From IMG/VR virus record IMGVR_UViG_3300036716_002035, positions 7,610 to 71,609 of that record: a DNA stretch of 64,000 nt, one strand, 5' to 3'. This stretch comes from a virus. This document shows positions 35,148-45,242 of the stretch, one piece after another (the first letter of the stretch is position 1; each line of letters opens with the position of its first letter). The position numbers and the translations under genes were made by a program. The notes under the pieces were generated by a model that worked only from the letters and a program-made list of their open reading frames with translations, had not been told where the DNA came from and made no database searches.

Positions 35148-36661
35148 TATAATTCGTCTGGGAGATTGTCTATGAAATTTTCTTGAGGCGACACATCATT
35201 AAAATTCAAAGCTTCTACCATATCTACTAAATCACCCCTCTCCTCAATAGAGAAATTATCAATTTCCAAATTGATATAATTATTTCTTTTAGATCCATCA
35301 GGCAGTTCTACTGGCTGAACTGCTCTTTGGTAATCTGAACCCAAATGCCTTGATTTTAGACAAGATAATTGGTGCGAACCAAATCCATCTGGTTCTTCTT
35401 GTATTTGGTCTAAGGTTTTTCTTCTTAAATGAAACATGTGAGAACAAAACTGTATTATCCTATCCGACAAGGAAACTACGCTCTCGTCATCAACCACGTT
35501 TTCTGCGCGACGATTAGTTGTAATTCCATGCCTGTTGCTTTGAACGCTGGTCATCATTGAAATAACAGGGCCATCGTCACCCAAAATCTCCTTTTGGATA
35601 ACGTTTTTAAATTTAGTGACCATATCTCCCACGACTTGCCACTCAGAACTATTTCTATTTTGAGTCTGCTCAGTAGTCTTAATATAATCAAAACTAAATA
35701 TCATATTTTTTCCTCTTCCAACGTTCGAATAATAAAAACGACGTAAAACATTAGCCATTTCATCAACTGAGAGCCCAGCGACATTATAATAATGGAACTT
35801 AAAATCTTTAATAATTTTCCAAACGTCTCTAATTCGCTTGACAAAATCTTGATTATTCCTCCACATGCCGCTCTCGAGATAATGTATTGGAACTTTTGAC
35901 AAGGCTGAACATTGCCTCATTGTAATCTCTTCTTGGGACATTTCTCCATTATCAAAGTGTAAGACAGGAACGTTGTTGTATTTTCGAGAAACCTTGCTTA
36001 TAAAATCCAAGCAAAAGGTAGTCTTTCCCACTCCAGAACGAGCGACAATAACAGAGATATTTCCTGGCCTCAAAAGAGAACCATACAATTCATTCACCCT
36101 TTTATAGGGGCCCATGAAACCAAATTCTTCCTTTGGATTATCTCCGCGCTCTTCAATGACCTCTTCCATTGACGCATAAATATTTTGGGGTGCGTCGTTT
36201 ACATGGTAAAGATCTATCTGTTTATTATAAATGTTGTCCGCAGCGCTAATAATGTCGTCAAAAGAATGGTTCGATCCCAGACTTTTCATTTTCTTGGCTA
36301 CTTCTACAGCGGAAGCGTAAATAGACCTTCTTACGCTAATCTTTTTAAGTTCTTGAGCTGAATTGGTTACTCCCTTTTCTGATATTTTTCTCAAGCCCAA
36401 AGAAGCAATGTATTGAGAAATATCAATATTGTCCTCAAAAGATATATTAAAATCTTTAACCTTCTGCGCAAGAACCACTTCGTCTACCTGTACTCCTTTG
36501 TCAATACAGTTTCTTAATATTTTGAATATAGTGGCATGAACTTGACTCGCTTCTGTAGAGAAGTCGTCTTCAGAAATAAACGGAGCAATTTCTGCGTACA
36601 TTTCTGGGTGTTTAATAAGCCCAGCCAAAAGATGCCTTTCAAGCTCTTTAGATTCAATCAT
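35147..36661 (-). CDS. dnaB: replicative DNA helicase (DnaB-like)
   Basis: ERHLLAGLI N-domain, ARSGVGKT, NGEMS, FDYIK, SVQSNR, KSRH. Confidence 0.92.
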   Translation of the reverse strand: MIESKELERHLLAGLIKHPEMYAEIAPFISEDDFSTEASQVHATIFKILRNCIDKGVQVDEVVLAQKVKDFNISFEDNIDISQYIASLGLRKISEKGVTNSAQELKKISVRRSIYASAVEVAKKMKSLGSNHSFDDIISAADNIYNKQIDLYHVNDAPQNIYASMEEVIEERGDNPKEEFGFMGPYKRVNELYGSLLRPGNISVIVARSGVGKTTFCLDFISKVSRKYNNVPVLHFDNGEMSQEEITMRQCSALSKVPIHYLESGMWRNNQDFVKRIRDVWKIIKDFKFHYYNVAGLSVDEMANVLRRFYYSNVGRGKNMIFSFDYIKTTEQTQNRNSSEWQVVGDMVTKFKNVIQKEILGDDGPVISMMTSVQSNRHGITTNRRAENVVDDESVVSLSDRIIQFCSHMFHLRRKTLDQIQEEPDGFGSHQLSCLKSRHLGSDYQRAVQPVELPDGSKRNNYINLEIDNFSIEERGDLVDMVEALNFNDVSPQENFIDNLPDEL

Positions 36662-36667
36662 GATCTA

Positions 36668-36696
36668 ATAGTATATTAAAAATGGGTATGTGTCAA
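36668..36696 (-). promoter_or_regulatory. sigma70-like promoter of dnaB (leaderless geometry)
   Basis: TTGACA-17nt-TACTAT-6nt-ATG(36661). Confidence 0.75.
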
Positions 36697-36699
36697 GGA

Positions 36700-36975
36700 T
36701 TATAATCCCTCGAGACCGTCTCCATTATCTATATCGATGCCTGTAACCGAGCTAGAAGCTTCTACTTCTTCCAGATAAGATTCCATAGCTTTTCTTAATC
36801 CAAATTCTACAATACGACTGCCATACCTAGCGTATATTATAGGGGAGCCATCTTGAAGAAGATATGCAATCAGGACTCCGCGAGAGACCTCGGACGCACT
36901 AGAGAAATCGTAGATCTTATCAAAGATCTGTTGGGGCATTTCAAAGCTAGGGATATTATTAGGATCAAAGTTCAT
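36700..36975 (-). CDS. hypothetical protein
   Basis: Likely start MNFDPNN at 36975 after a GTGTA motif. Confidence 0.6.
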   Translation of the reverse strand: MNFDPNNIPSFEMPQQIFDKIYDFSSASEVSRGVLIAYLLQDGSPIIYARYGSRIVEFGLRKAMESYLEEVEASSSVTGIDIDNGDGLEGL

Positions 36976-36997
36976 AGACTTATTATGTAATACACTT

Positions 36998-37408
36998 TTA
37001 CAAAGAGATACCGACATTTTTAAAAAAATCCAGAGTGAGTTCCCTCCTGTCGTAAATCTCTACGAGTTGTATATGGTTTAGTTCACAAAATTTTAGTTTG
37101 TTCTGGTCTCTTCTGAGCTGGTTTATATAATTATATTTATTGTTGCCATGGAAAAAAGGCGTATACTTTCGGTGCTGAGCCCCCTGAACTTCAATAGCTA
37201 TTTTTTTATTGGCGTTGTAAAAATCTAACGATAGCCTGGAACCCGCTACTGGGAACTCTTCAAATACAACATGACTAAACCAATATTCTTTTAAAAAAGA
37301 CTTTGTGGCTTTTTGTATCTTGCTTCTGCTTTTCCCGTCCCAATTAATAAGATATTTCTTAGGATTAATTACGGATCGAGCGGCCCCGCCAAGCGTAACG
37401 AACCTCAT
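36998..37408 (-). CDS. DUF559/Vsr-like endonuclease
   Basis: EEFPV...LDFY....IAIEVQGAQH...RRDQNK..FC...I.LVEI. Confidence 0.8.
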   Translation of the reverse strand: MRFVTLGGAARSVINPKKYLINWDGKSRSKIQKATKSFLKEYWFSHVVFEEFPVAGSRLSLDFYNANKKIAIEVQGAQHRKYTPFFHGNNKYNYINQLRRDQNKLKFCELNHIQLVEIYDRRELTLDFFKNVGISL

Positions 37409-38499
37409 CTGAGGGATGCAACTTCTTCGGTGATCAATTCTAATAAAAAATCTCTAAACGGAGCATTATTTTCTAAATAATCAATCAACTTAGGCTCTCC
37501 TTGTATTTTTTCAACAAATTCAATTCCCGCTTGAGAGCATTTATCTGCAACTTCTTTGTCTAAGGAAATCCAAGCTCCTTTTTTCTCCAAGAATCCCCAC
37601 AAATAAGACATCTCAATGACCTCTTTTTCTAGCCAAACAGAAGTTCCATTGGTCCTTCCGTATCTAATTGGATATCTTACCATTGCTCCCGTGCGTTCAT
37701 TAACACTTTTGCGAAAAACTACCTTGCATATGTGGCCAATTGGATTGCCCTTGTCTTCAAGTTTTGCTGCACTAGGATTTTCAAATATAATATCGTTGTT
37801 ATAGCGCTCTTGAAACTCTAAAATAAAGTTAGCATAATGTTTTATTGCGTTCCCTCCAGCCTGCTTTGTTTTTGGGCCGCCTCTTGCAGCATAAGGATTT
37901 GTAGCAACCTCCACCCTAACCTGGGATGTTAAAATCATCATGTGGTTCAACTTAAGTATTGGGAGTACCATTTTTTTTAAGAAAACAGAAGTTATAAGGG
38001 CGCCTCCAGCGACTTGTTCGCTATCTTCAAAAGGCTTGTCGTAATCATTCTGACGACATAAAGCATCGACGCTATCAACTATAAATAAATATTTCTTTTC
38101 CTCTTCATTGTCCATTACAAGCATGCGAATTAATTCAAATACCTTTTCGAATACATTGCAGTCAAATTTAAAAAATTTATTTTCAGAAGCGTCTAGTCCC
38201 GACCTTCTTATCATCTCTGGCCCCAGCCTCCCTTCGCTCTTTATATAAACAACCATGCCTTTGTCTCCAAAATGATCTTGAAATCGTTTGGCTATAGCCA
38301 TGGCGCAAGATGTCTTTCCCCCCTCATTCACTCCCGTAAACCTATGCACTCCAGCAGGTAGGCCGCCGTCCAACGCAAGATCTAAATTTAAACTCCCAGT
38401 TGGTATCTTATAGTCCAGCTCTTCGTGGTCATTATAATGAAACCTTTTGTTGTTCTTGTCATCAAGAAACGCTTTAATATTATTTAATGTTTTACTCAT
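37405..38499 (-). CDS. recA: RecA-like recombinase
   Basis: IPTGSLNLDLALDGGLP, GVNEGGKTS, IVDSVDAL, SQVR, GGNAIKHYA, KKGAWI; start MSKTL at 38499. Confidence 0.9.
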   Translation of the reverse strand: MSKTLNNIKAFLDDKNNKRFHYNDHEELDYKIPTGSLNLDLALDGGLPAGVHRFTGVNEGGKTSCAMAIAKRFQDHFGDKGMVVYIKSEGRLGPEMIRRSGLDASENKFFKFDCNVFEKVFELIRMLVMDNEEEKKYLFIVDSVDALCRQNDYDKPFEDSEQVAGGALITSVFLKKMVLPILKLNHMMILTSQVRVEVATNPYAARGGPKTKQAGGNAIKHYANFILEFQERYNNDIIFENPSAAKLEDKGNPIGHICKVVFRKSVNERTGAMVRYPIRYGRTNGTSVWLEKEVIEMSYLWGFLEKKGAWISLDKEVADKCSQAGIEFVEKIQGEPKLIDYLENNAPFRDFLLELITEEVASLR

Positions 38500-38845
38500 A
38501 TCTTTCTGACAAAAAGTCTTTGATTGTTCTTTTTCTTCTTCCGATGTTTGCATCTTTTCCTATTTTTGTGGGGGATAATTCGTGTTGAGTTGGTTTGGGA
38601 ATTTTGTAATTATAATCTAAAAATTTGCGTTTTACAAGTTTTTTCCAGTTCGGGCTAGCAAGTATAGCTAGACTGTCAAACTTTTGCCCAAAGTTAACAT
38701 CGCTCCAAAAACATTGATCAGGGAACTCTTCAAGAAATCTATTTAGAAGAGTCATTTCTTTTTTCCAAAAAGGTCTTTTGGCTGTCGTAGGTTCGTTAAT
38801 ATGTTTTTGAATAATCTGCCTTTTGTTTAAGCATTTTTTTGACAT
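38492..38845 (-). CDS. hypothetical protein
   Basis: First gene behind a TTGACA-17-TATCCT promoter. Confidence 0.65.
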   Translation of the reverse strand: MSKKCLNKRQIIQKHINEPTTAKRPFWKKEMTLLNRFLEEFPDQCFWSDVNFGQKFDSLAILASPNWKKLVKRKFLDYNYKIPKPTQHELSPTKIGKDANIGRRKRTIKDFLSERYE

Positions 38846-38887
38846 TGCTCCAGGATATACTAGGCATGTATATCTGTCAAGAAAAAT

Positions 38888-39877
38888 TTAACGAAGTTTG
38901 GTCATGACCTGCTTCACGGCCATCCACATGTCTAAATATTTATAAGTAGCCAACCTGCCAAGAAAAATGGTGTTTTTATCTGCTTCTGCTGCGATCTTGT
39001 ATTTTGAATATATATGCTTAGCAGATCCAAAATTCTTAGGGTAAATAGCTTCATTGTATTCGTTGTGTTCTTCGGGGAAATCTCTGGTTAATACTGTTTC
39101 GTCAACCTGTTCGTTTAAATATACGCTACTATCCATTGTGCGATTAAAGGGCTGCTTATTACACTCATTAATGACCGCACCTTTCTCCCAAGAAAAATCA
39201 TCACTCTTTTTTGTATAAAAATGCTGAAACCTTAGTGATCGGTATGGCAATTTACCAAATTCTAGATTGAAATATTCGCTAATTTTACCAGTCCAGATTA
39301 ACTTATCACACTTTAATTTCCTCCACGCACCCCGCTCAACACCTAGGTTAACTTTTATCCCATCAAGCATGGAGTGAAACATTTCTGTATAACCTTTTTC
39401 TGGAATGCCTTGATACTTGTCAGTAAAATATCGATCATCAAAGTCATCTCTTTTATTTGGCACTCTTCCTGTTATGGATTTAGGTAAATCTTCCCACTTG
39501 ACACCCCAATGTCTCTCCGAATATTCTTTAAAAAGAAGGTCTTGAATTTCCTTAGGAGATAAATCTTCCCCTAATTCTCCTGCCGTTTTTTTGCTAAAGG
39601 GGATAGAAATTAATCCATTTTTTGTATTGGCTCGCACCCTATGGACATAACTATTAAACTTAGTATACCTATTTAAAAATGACCACACATCCTCATCGTT
39701 TGTATGAAAAATATGTGACCCATACTTATGAACAGTTACTCCATTAATCTTTGAGTCATAACAGTTGCCGCCGATATGGTCTCTTAGCTCAAATATCTCT
39801 ACTTGATGGCCCTGCTCTTTTAGAAGGATCGCTGCCGTCACTCCAGATAGCCCGCACCCAATTATATTAATTTTCAT
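38888..39877 (-). CDS. glf: UDP-galactopyranose mutase
   Basis: IIGCGLSG, HIGGNCYD, HKYGSHIFHT, YQGIP..GYT, LPYRSL, GRLATYKYLDM. Confidence 0.95.
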   Translation of the reverse strand: MKINIIGCGLSGVTAAILLKEQGHQVEIFELRDHIGGNCYDSKINGVTVHKYGSHIFHTNDEDVWSFLNRYTKFNSYVHRVRANTKNGLISIPFSKKTAGELGEDLSPKEIQDLLFKEYSERHWGVKWEDLPKSITGRVPNKRDDFDDRYFTDKYQGIPEKGYTEMFHSMLDGIKVNLGVERGAWRKLKCDKLIWTGKISEYFNLEFGKLPYRSLRFQHFYTKKSDDFSWEKGAVINECNKQPFNRTMDSSVYLNEQVDETVLTRDFPEEHNEYNEAIYPKNFGSAKHIYSKYKIAAEADKNTIFLGRLATYKYLDMWMAVKQVMTKLR

Positions 39878-41715
39878 TATAGAGACAAAGTAAAAAGCGT
39901 TGCGCCTCCATCCAGCACTAAGGCGCCAGAATCATGGACCTTTAAAAATAAACCACTACTAACTTCTTGTATCTTGTGCTTACCCCCAGCCTTATGAAGC
40001 TTCCATTGGTTACGGGGGGTATCCGTGGTCTTGGCTATGCTGCCTAAATTAGACAACCAAACAGATTTTCTTTCGTCATCAATACATTTGATATGATAAT
40101 TTCCATTATCTAGCTGGATAAACTCCCATAAATGACCCCTAACAGTCCAATAAAAACCACGAGGAGTGATCATTTTTGGAAAGTCCTTGTCGCAAACTGC
40201 TTCCGCGTAGGTAGGGTCGTTTTCATACTTGCCTAAATCTTTTCTAATGATATTGGATATAAAAATTTCATTAGCCCTGTCTTTCATGCTTATAAAGTTC
40301 CAGCTATCTGGTTCAAATCCATCTTCTTTTTTTCGAAAGAAATATAACACCTGTCCAGCGTCGTCATCCTCCTTGGAGAATAAAAACATTCCTGGGTCCG
40401 ACTTCGATTCAATTAAACACGTCCCATCCTGCTGCTCATGTAACTTTACTCCGTTTTTTGTATAATTCTGTTGAAAAAAACGGCTCACATAAAACGCCAT
40501 AAACTGAGGGTTTTCTTTGTTGGGGTTAGTTGTTTTTAGGAGCTCTGTGCATGTATAAATATTTGAATCCATATTGAATGCATACTTGTCATTGTCTGAT
40601 CCAGACAATACCGTTCTCAGAAAGAGTACGCCATTCCCCTTTTTGGTTTTGGGATCTTTTCTCTCTTGAACATCATATGTTAGGGTCATGTATTTTTTGC
40701 TTCGAGCATTTTGAATAACAAAAGAGTTCTCATCAACCCACGATCTATTTATGTATGCATTATTAAACTTAATGGGAGTAGCAGATCCAAATGAATTAGT
40801 AATTTCTTTATTAATTCTCTCCACATCGTTTTTAAACCAATTTTTTGCAAGATTTTCGTACAACTCGAAGGTTCCCTCGTCTTCCATTACTGGCTCCTGC
40901 ACACCGTAGGTATGATGTGCGGTTATAAAATCCCCAATTATCATATTGGGCCTGTCAAGCTCTTGGCCTAATTTAGAACTGGTAATGTACTCGTCTTGTG
41001 CATCAATGTTAATAAAATGCTTCCTATCGGAACCAAGCATGAATATGCAGTTAATTGAGACTCGGGCATTAAAATAAATATTTTCTTTTAATTTGTAAGA
41101 TTCTAGGCTGTTAGGGTTCCTAATGAGGTCTGATATAAATTGCTTATGGCATTTGCATGCGATTTTTGGGTGAGCAAAAAGGGGGCCAGTCAAACCGCAC
41201 GGAGGATACATTTCAATCTCCTTGTCGGGGAAATTCCACATGCCTTTCTTTGCCTGATGAAAAGCGGTCATTCCATTGTTGATGCAATTAGAATGCATTA
41301 TGATTGGATCTTTATTTTCCCACCTTAACTGTGCGGCGGAACGAAGAGTCTCTACGTCAAGAAAAAGAGTGTCGTCATCAAGCTTTATGATGACATCATT
41401 GTCTTTAAAGGTGCCCATGAATTTATAAAACGGAGCCCAATAACCAACGCTGTCCATTACTGTTCCATCTTGTATCTGCTTTCCACGCTCTTCTCTGTTT
41501 GAGACAAACACCCTGTCTGGGTAAGTTTTATTCAGTCTCTGGCACTCGCTCCAAATGAAATTATGATCCGATTTGTTTCGGGTCATGTCTATCATGTAAT
41601 ACTTATCGATCGACCCGATCCTTAAGCCTTCCTCAATATATTGGTGAAGGATTTTTATATTAGATTCCCTGCCCATAAAGGAGCAAACATTAATTGTAAA
41701 TTCTTTATTTTCCAT
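39877..41715 (-). CDS. glycosyltransferase with C-terminal ricin/beta-trefoil-like region
   Basis: FMGRESN, IIKLDDD (DxD), NCINN, SINC; C-terminal repeats LWEF...NYHI and NQWKL...HKIQEVSSGLFL; start MENKEF at 41715. Confidence 0.65.
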   Translation of the reverse strand: MENKEFTINVCSFMGRESNIKILHQYIEEGLRIGSIDKYYMIDMTRNKSDHNFIWSECQRLNKTYPDRVFVSNREERGKQIQDGTVMDSVGYWAPFYKFMGTFKDNDVIIKLDDDTLFLDVETLRSAAQLRWENKDPIIMHSNCINNGMTAFHQAKKGMWNFPDKEIEMYPPCGLTGPLFAHPKIACKCHKQFISDLIRNPNSLESYKLKENIYFNARVSINCIFMLGSDRKHFINIDAQDEYITSSKLGQELDRPNMIIGDFITAHHTYGVQEPVMEDEGTFELYENLAKNWFKNDVERINKEITNSFGSATPIKFNNAYINRSWVDENSFVIQNARSKKYMTLTYDVQERKDPKTKKGNGVLFLRTVLSGSDNDKYAFNMDSNIYTCTELLKTTNPNKENPQFMAFYVSRFFQQNYTKNGVKLHEQQDGTCLIESKSDPGMFLFSKEDDDAGQVLYFFRKKEDGFEPDSWNFISMKDRANEIFISNIIRKDLGKYENDPTYAEAVCDKDFPKMITPRGFYWTVRGHLWEFIQLDNGNYHIKCIDDERKSVWLSNLGSIAKTTDTPRNQWKLHKAGGKHKIQEVSSGLFLKVHDSGALVLDGGATLFTLSL

Positions 41716-41742
41716 ATCCAAAAATAGATACACAAACAAAGG

Positions 41743-42765
41743 CTACAATTCAATCAAGCCACTTAATAATTTAAACTTTTTTTCTATAACGCCGTTGATC
41801 TGCGAACCTCTAGCACCATCAAACCACCAATCTTTAGATTTGGCATTGGTATTTTTTCTATAATGAACGTTTTGCGAGTTGGAATCATATATTGATTTGT
41901 TGCATTTTATATTTATAGAATTATTCTTAAAAAACTTACCAATGTTGTCTGCGACATGTTTAAAATCAATGATATTGTCTACGGCTAGATCTTTCCCGTC
42001 ATAATAATACCCATAATTTAAGAACCTACACTGGCCCTCCGTGTTTTGATGTTTGACAAATGGCTCCATGCGAATATATATATCTGGATTAGATAAGTAA
42101 GGAAATCTACTGTGAGCTATGCCACTGGGAGGCGTGAAGGCAACCTCTTCTTTGTCAATGTCATATAATTTAAATCCTAATTTTTGATTTTGTTTTTTAT
42201 ATATTGCCCGTTCTTTTTCTAAGGCGGCAACACCATATGTATCATGATCTGTTAGAGGCAGCTCCTCTGCAGATAATTGTAGCAAAGCCCAGTCCTCAAA
42301 ATAAGATCTGATTTCTTCGGGATATAACCCCAGAAGACTTTGGGAAAGCATCTCTTTCATTTCTGGACCCTTTGTTCTGGATCTTAGCTCAGGTGAGGGC
42401 AAAAACAGCCCAGGTTTAATCAGGATAGAATTTAAAAAACAAAACAAAGAAACCATTCTGTCTTTGGGACTTCTCTCGATAGTGAATTTAGTATAAGAAT
42501 CCCATATTTCATTACCCACTATTTCTTTAATGATAAACCATGGAAGATGGTTGCCGTACTTCTCTTGATAGGCAAGCGCTGATTTACCTGTATCTTCAAA
42601 AACCTTGTCTACATTAACTTTAGTATCCTCGTTGACTTCGTTGGAAGGGTCTCCTGCCATTACGTCATCAGAACCTAAATGAGGTTTAATAAACTTCATA
42701 AAGGTTTGCGTTGATGTCTTATGGGTCTTAACAAATATAAATTTATGTTTATGTGATATTATCAT
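41743..42765 (-). CDS. sulfotransferase family 2-like protein
   Basis: IISHKHKFIFVKTHKTSTQT, YTKFTIERSPKDRMVSL. Confidence 0.75.
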   Translation of the reverse strand: MIISHKHKFIFVKTHKTSTQTFMKFIKPHLGSDDVMAGDPSNEVNEDTKVNVDKVFEDTGKSALAYQEKYGNHLPWFIIKEIVGNEIWDSYTKFTIERSPKDRMVSLFCFLNSILIKPGLFLPSPELRSRTKGPEMKEMLSQSLLGLYPEEIRSYFEDWALLQLSAEELPLTDHDTYGVAALEKERAIYKKQNQKLGFKLYDIDKEEVAFTPPSGIAHSRFPYLSNPDIYIRMEPFVKHQNTEGQCRFLNYGYYYDGKDLAVDNIIDFKHVADNIGKFFKNNSINIKCNKSIYDSNSQNVHYRKNTNAKSKDWWFDGARGSQINGVIEKKFKLLSGLIEL

Positions 42766-42810
42766 GTTTAAAATTCGAATTGAATGCCATTTAAGTCGGC
42801 TCGTGAAAAA

Positions 42811-43560
42811 CTATTCATTTATTAAAAATTGATAGTCTTGCTCAAATTTAGATTCTCCTTTTTGCCCTAAATGAGAAACCGAAAGATCTAAAGTTCTAAG
42901 TTTAGAGAAATCTTTATTAATGATATCATCCCTAAACCAAACATCGTTCTGCGCAGCAGAGTGCCACTCGTCATAAAGCACTCTAGCCTCCTCTGAGGAG
43001 GGTTTGTAGAGCTGAAAAAAGCCCCAGCCAGATTTCGGCGTTCCATAAAAAGAAAATCTTTCCATAGATTTGAAGTCCTTAAGCGAGAGGAAGTCTTTCC
43101 TTGAGGACGGGGTATACAAAACATCGGATTCTAAATCATCATCTGTAATCGGCAAACCTTCTGAAAGAACTATGTCGCAATCTAAAATTAATTGAAACGC
43201 ATTAGGAAAATCTTTTGCCCCTCTTTCTTGTCCGATTCTAAGACCTGAACCCTTGTTAAAGGCTTTTGAGTTAGCATTTTCTAAGAACTTAGGCCAGTAT
43301 TCTTTGCGGGAATCAGGAGGCTGATTCATCTGGCCATTCTCAAATCTTTTTTGATGAACATCAAACCATCCCATTCCAACTTTAAAATCATGATAAAGAA
43401 CCTCAACATTATTGTATTTTTTACAGACTTCAATTGTTTCTAAATCATCTTCCTTGGTTATGACATAGATGTGTTTAAGTATTGATGAATTTACTTCTAG
43501 GGCTATTTTGAGTAATGCTCCATAATTAACACAAACAGTTATGCCTATAACGTCCACCAT
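42811..43560 (-). CDS. GT-A fold glycosyltransferase
   Basis: VCVNY, FNKGSGL, LDCD, GFFQLY, HLG. Confidence 0.7.
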   Translation of the reverse strand: MVDVIGITVCVNYGALLKIALEVNSSILKHIYVITKEDDLETIEVCKKYNNVEVLYHDFKVGMGWFDVHQKRFENGQMNQPPDSRKEYWPKFLENANSKAFNKGSGLRIGQERGAKDFPNAFQLILDCDIVLSEGLPITDDDLESDVLYTPSSRKDFLSLKDFKSMERFSFYGTPKSGWGFFQLYKPSSEEARVLYDEWHSAAQNDVWFRDDIINKDFSKLRTLDLSVSHLGQKGESKFEQDYQFLINE

Positions 43561-43563
43561 CTT

Positions 43564-44178
43564 TTAAATACAATAGTTAAAATTTTCAAATTCTTTTTTT
43601 CTTAAATTATAGACTAAGTTCTTTGTGTTCTTATCTAGCCATTCATCTATATCGATAGATGGTTTTTTATTATTTTCTTTAATGAAAAATGAATAATGCT
43701 TGCACGCTTCCGCTTCTTCCATTAAATTTAACTCTTCTAAGATTTTATTCACTCCGCTTATTCCATCTTCAAATCTAAAAATAAAATCCGCCCATAAGTT
43801 TCCAGATTCATTAAAAATGATATCATGCTGCCTCTTGATTTCTTGCGTTAATGTATTGTTTCCATCGTTAGAATAAATGTGTTTTTTTAAATCACTCTTG
43901 AATTCTTCTTTTTGATCTTTATTTAAGTTAGATATAGAAGAGGTATTGTGGTGTTTGGATATTCTAAAATACAAAGAAATTGTGTTAACGTAAGGGTTTC
44001 TAACTGTACAAATTTTATAGGATTGATTCCATATTGAACTGTTTTTTAATTTAGATTTCTCATAAGGTAAATGCCTGCAATCAAAAAAGCTGATAGCATT
44101 ACGCGCATCAAGCTCTCTGAATATATTGCTTAGGGCGCTACCTGCAGTACGCATGCATCTATTAAGTATAATATTCAC
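43564..44178 (-). CDS. sulfotransferase family 2-like protein
   Basis: RTAGSAL, VRNPY...ISLY, FRFED, EFENFNY. Confidence 0.7.
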   Translation of the reverse strand: MNIILNRCMRTAGSALSNIFRELDARNAISFFDCRHLPYEKSKLKNSSIWNQSYKICTVRNPYVNTISLYFRISKHHNTSSISNLNKDQKEEFKSDLKKHIYSNDGNNTLTQEIKRQHDIIFNESGNLWADFIFRFEDGISGVNKILEELNLMEEAEACKHYSFFIKENNKKPSIDIDEWLDKNTKNLVYNLRKKEFENFNYCI

Positions 44179-44186
44179 TGGTACAA

Positions 44187-45242
44187 CTATAGAATATTAA
44201 CTGTTCTTAGCCAAGACTCTACTCTATGGTGGGGTCGGTGATTTTCCATTACATACTTCTTGCCCGCCTCCCCAATTGCCTTGGCTGCATCTTGGTTCGT
44301 CATGTAGTAATAAACTTTTTCGAGCATATCAATATGATCATCATAAACAATCCAATGCTCTCCATCTACTAAACCCACTGGAGGTAATATCATGCGGTTA
44401 TGAAGAACTAAAGCTCCGCTACTCATAGCTTCCATTAGCCTATAGTCTCCTTCCCAGCCGTCAGGGGTAGCAGTGACAATAATTTTAGTGGTTGCCATTA
44501 ACCTGCAATAGTCTTCCTGAGGGGTGCGGCGCCCATCGGTTTGACCCCCTCCAGTTTTACCAACATGCAAATTGTAACCACAACCGTACCATTTTTGAGC
44601 AGCCTTTAGTGCAGAAGCTATAAGACGCCTAGTTCCACACCAACCCAGGTGCCTTTCAACCATTTCCCTTAATGCCCCACCCCTTTGATAATGCATAGGA
44701 ATATGCTGACTCCAATTATCATCGTTAGACTCAAAGAAGCAACAAACATCCATATCTCTAGGCTTGCCTTTATGTTTCTCAAACTCTTCTACAATATCTT
44801 CTCTCACACAATAAGGAGAAAAATGCACTACATGGGGAGAGTAGTCTTGCACCCCCAAGGGCTTCCCCCATTTTCTAATCGCCATGTTTCTTTTGAAATG
44901 CCCCAAAACTCGCGCCTTGGGATGATATAATTCGAGCTCGTCCTTGTAATCCATAATAATTGCAGGAACATCAGGGTACTGCTCTCTCCAAACAATGGCC
45001 TGATCTGGCTGCATGCAGCCGTGCAGTATCATCAAGTCTACATCTTTTGGCCTACCAGCGGTTTGGGGAGCGGCTTTTATGTAGGGGCCATCGGGGTTGT
45101 CTAGGGTGCGAACTTGATCTGGTAATTTCACTAACTCACACAAGTCGCTATTAGCTATGCCTGGCTGCAATATTTGTGCGTTTTCTTCGGAGGTGGCTCC
45201 TTGCATGGGGGTATAAATTTTTATCTTCTTTTTCATATCCAT
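44187..45242 (-). CDS. glycosyltransferase (Glyco_trans_1_2/CgeB-like, GT-B)
   Basis: YRLMEAMSSGALVL, DGEHWIVY, IGEAGKKYVMENH. Confidence 0.75.
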   Translation of the reverse strand: MDMKKKIKIYTPMQGATSEENAQILQPGIANSDLCELVKLPDQVRTLDNPDGPYIKAAPQTAGRPKDVDLMILHGCMQPDQAIVWREQYPDVPAIIMDYKDELELYHPKARVLGHFKRNMAIRKWGKPLGVQDYSPHVVHFSPYCVREDIVEEFEKHKGKPRDMDVCCFFESNDDNWSQHIPMHYQRGGALREMVERHLGWCGTRRLIASALKAAQKWYGCGYNLHVGKTGGGQTDGRRTPQEDYCRLMATTKIIVTATPDGWEGDYRLMEAMSSGALVLHNRMILPPVGLVDGEHWIVYDDHIDMLEKVYYYMTNQDAAKAIGEAGKKYVMENHRPHHRVESWLRTVNIL

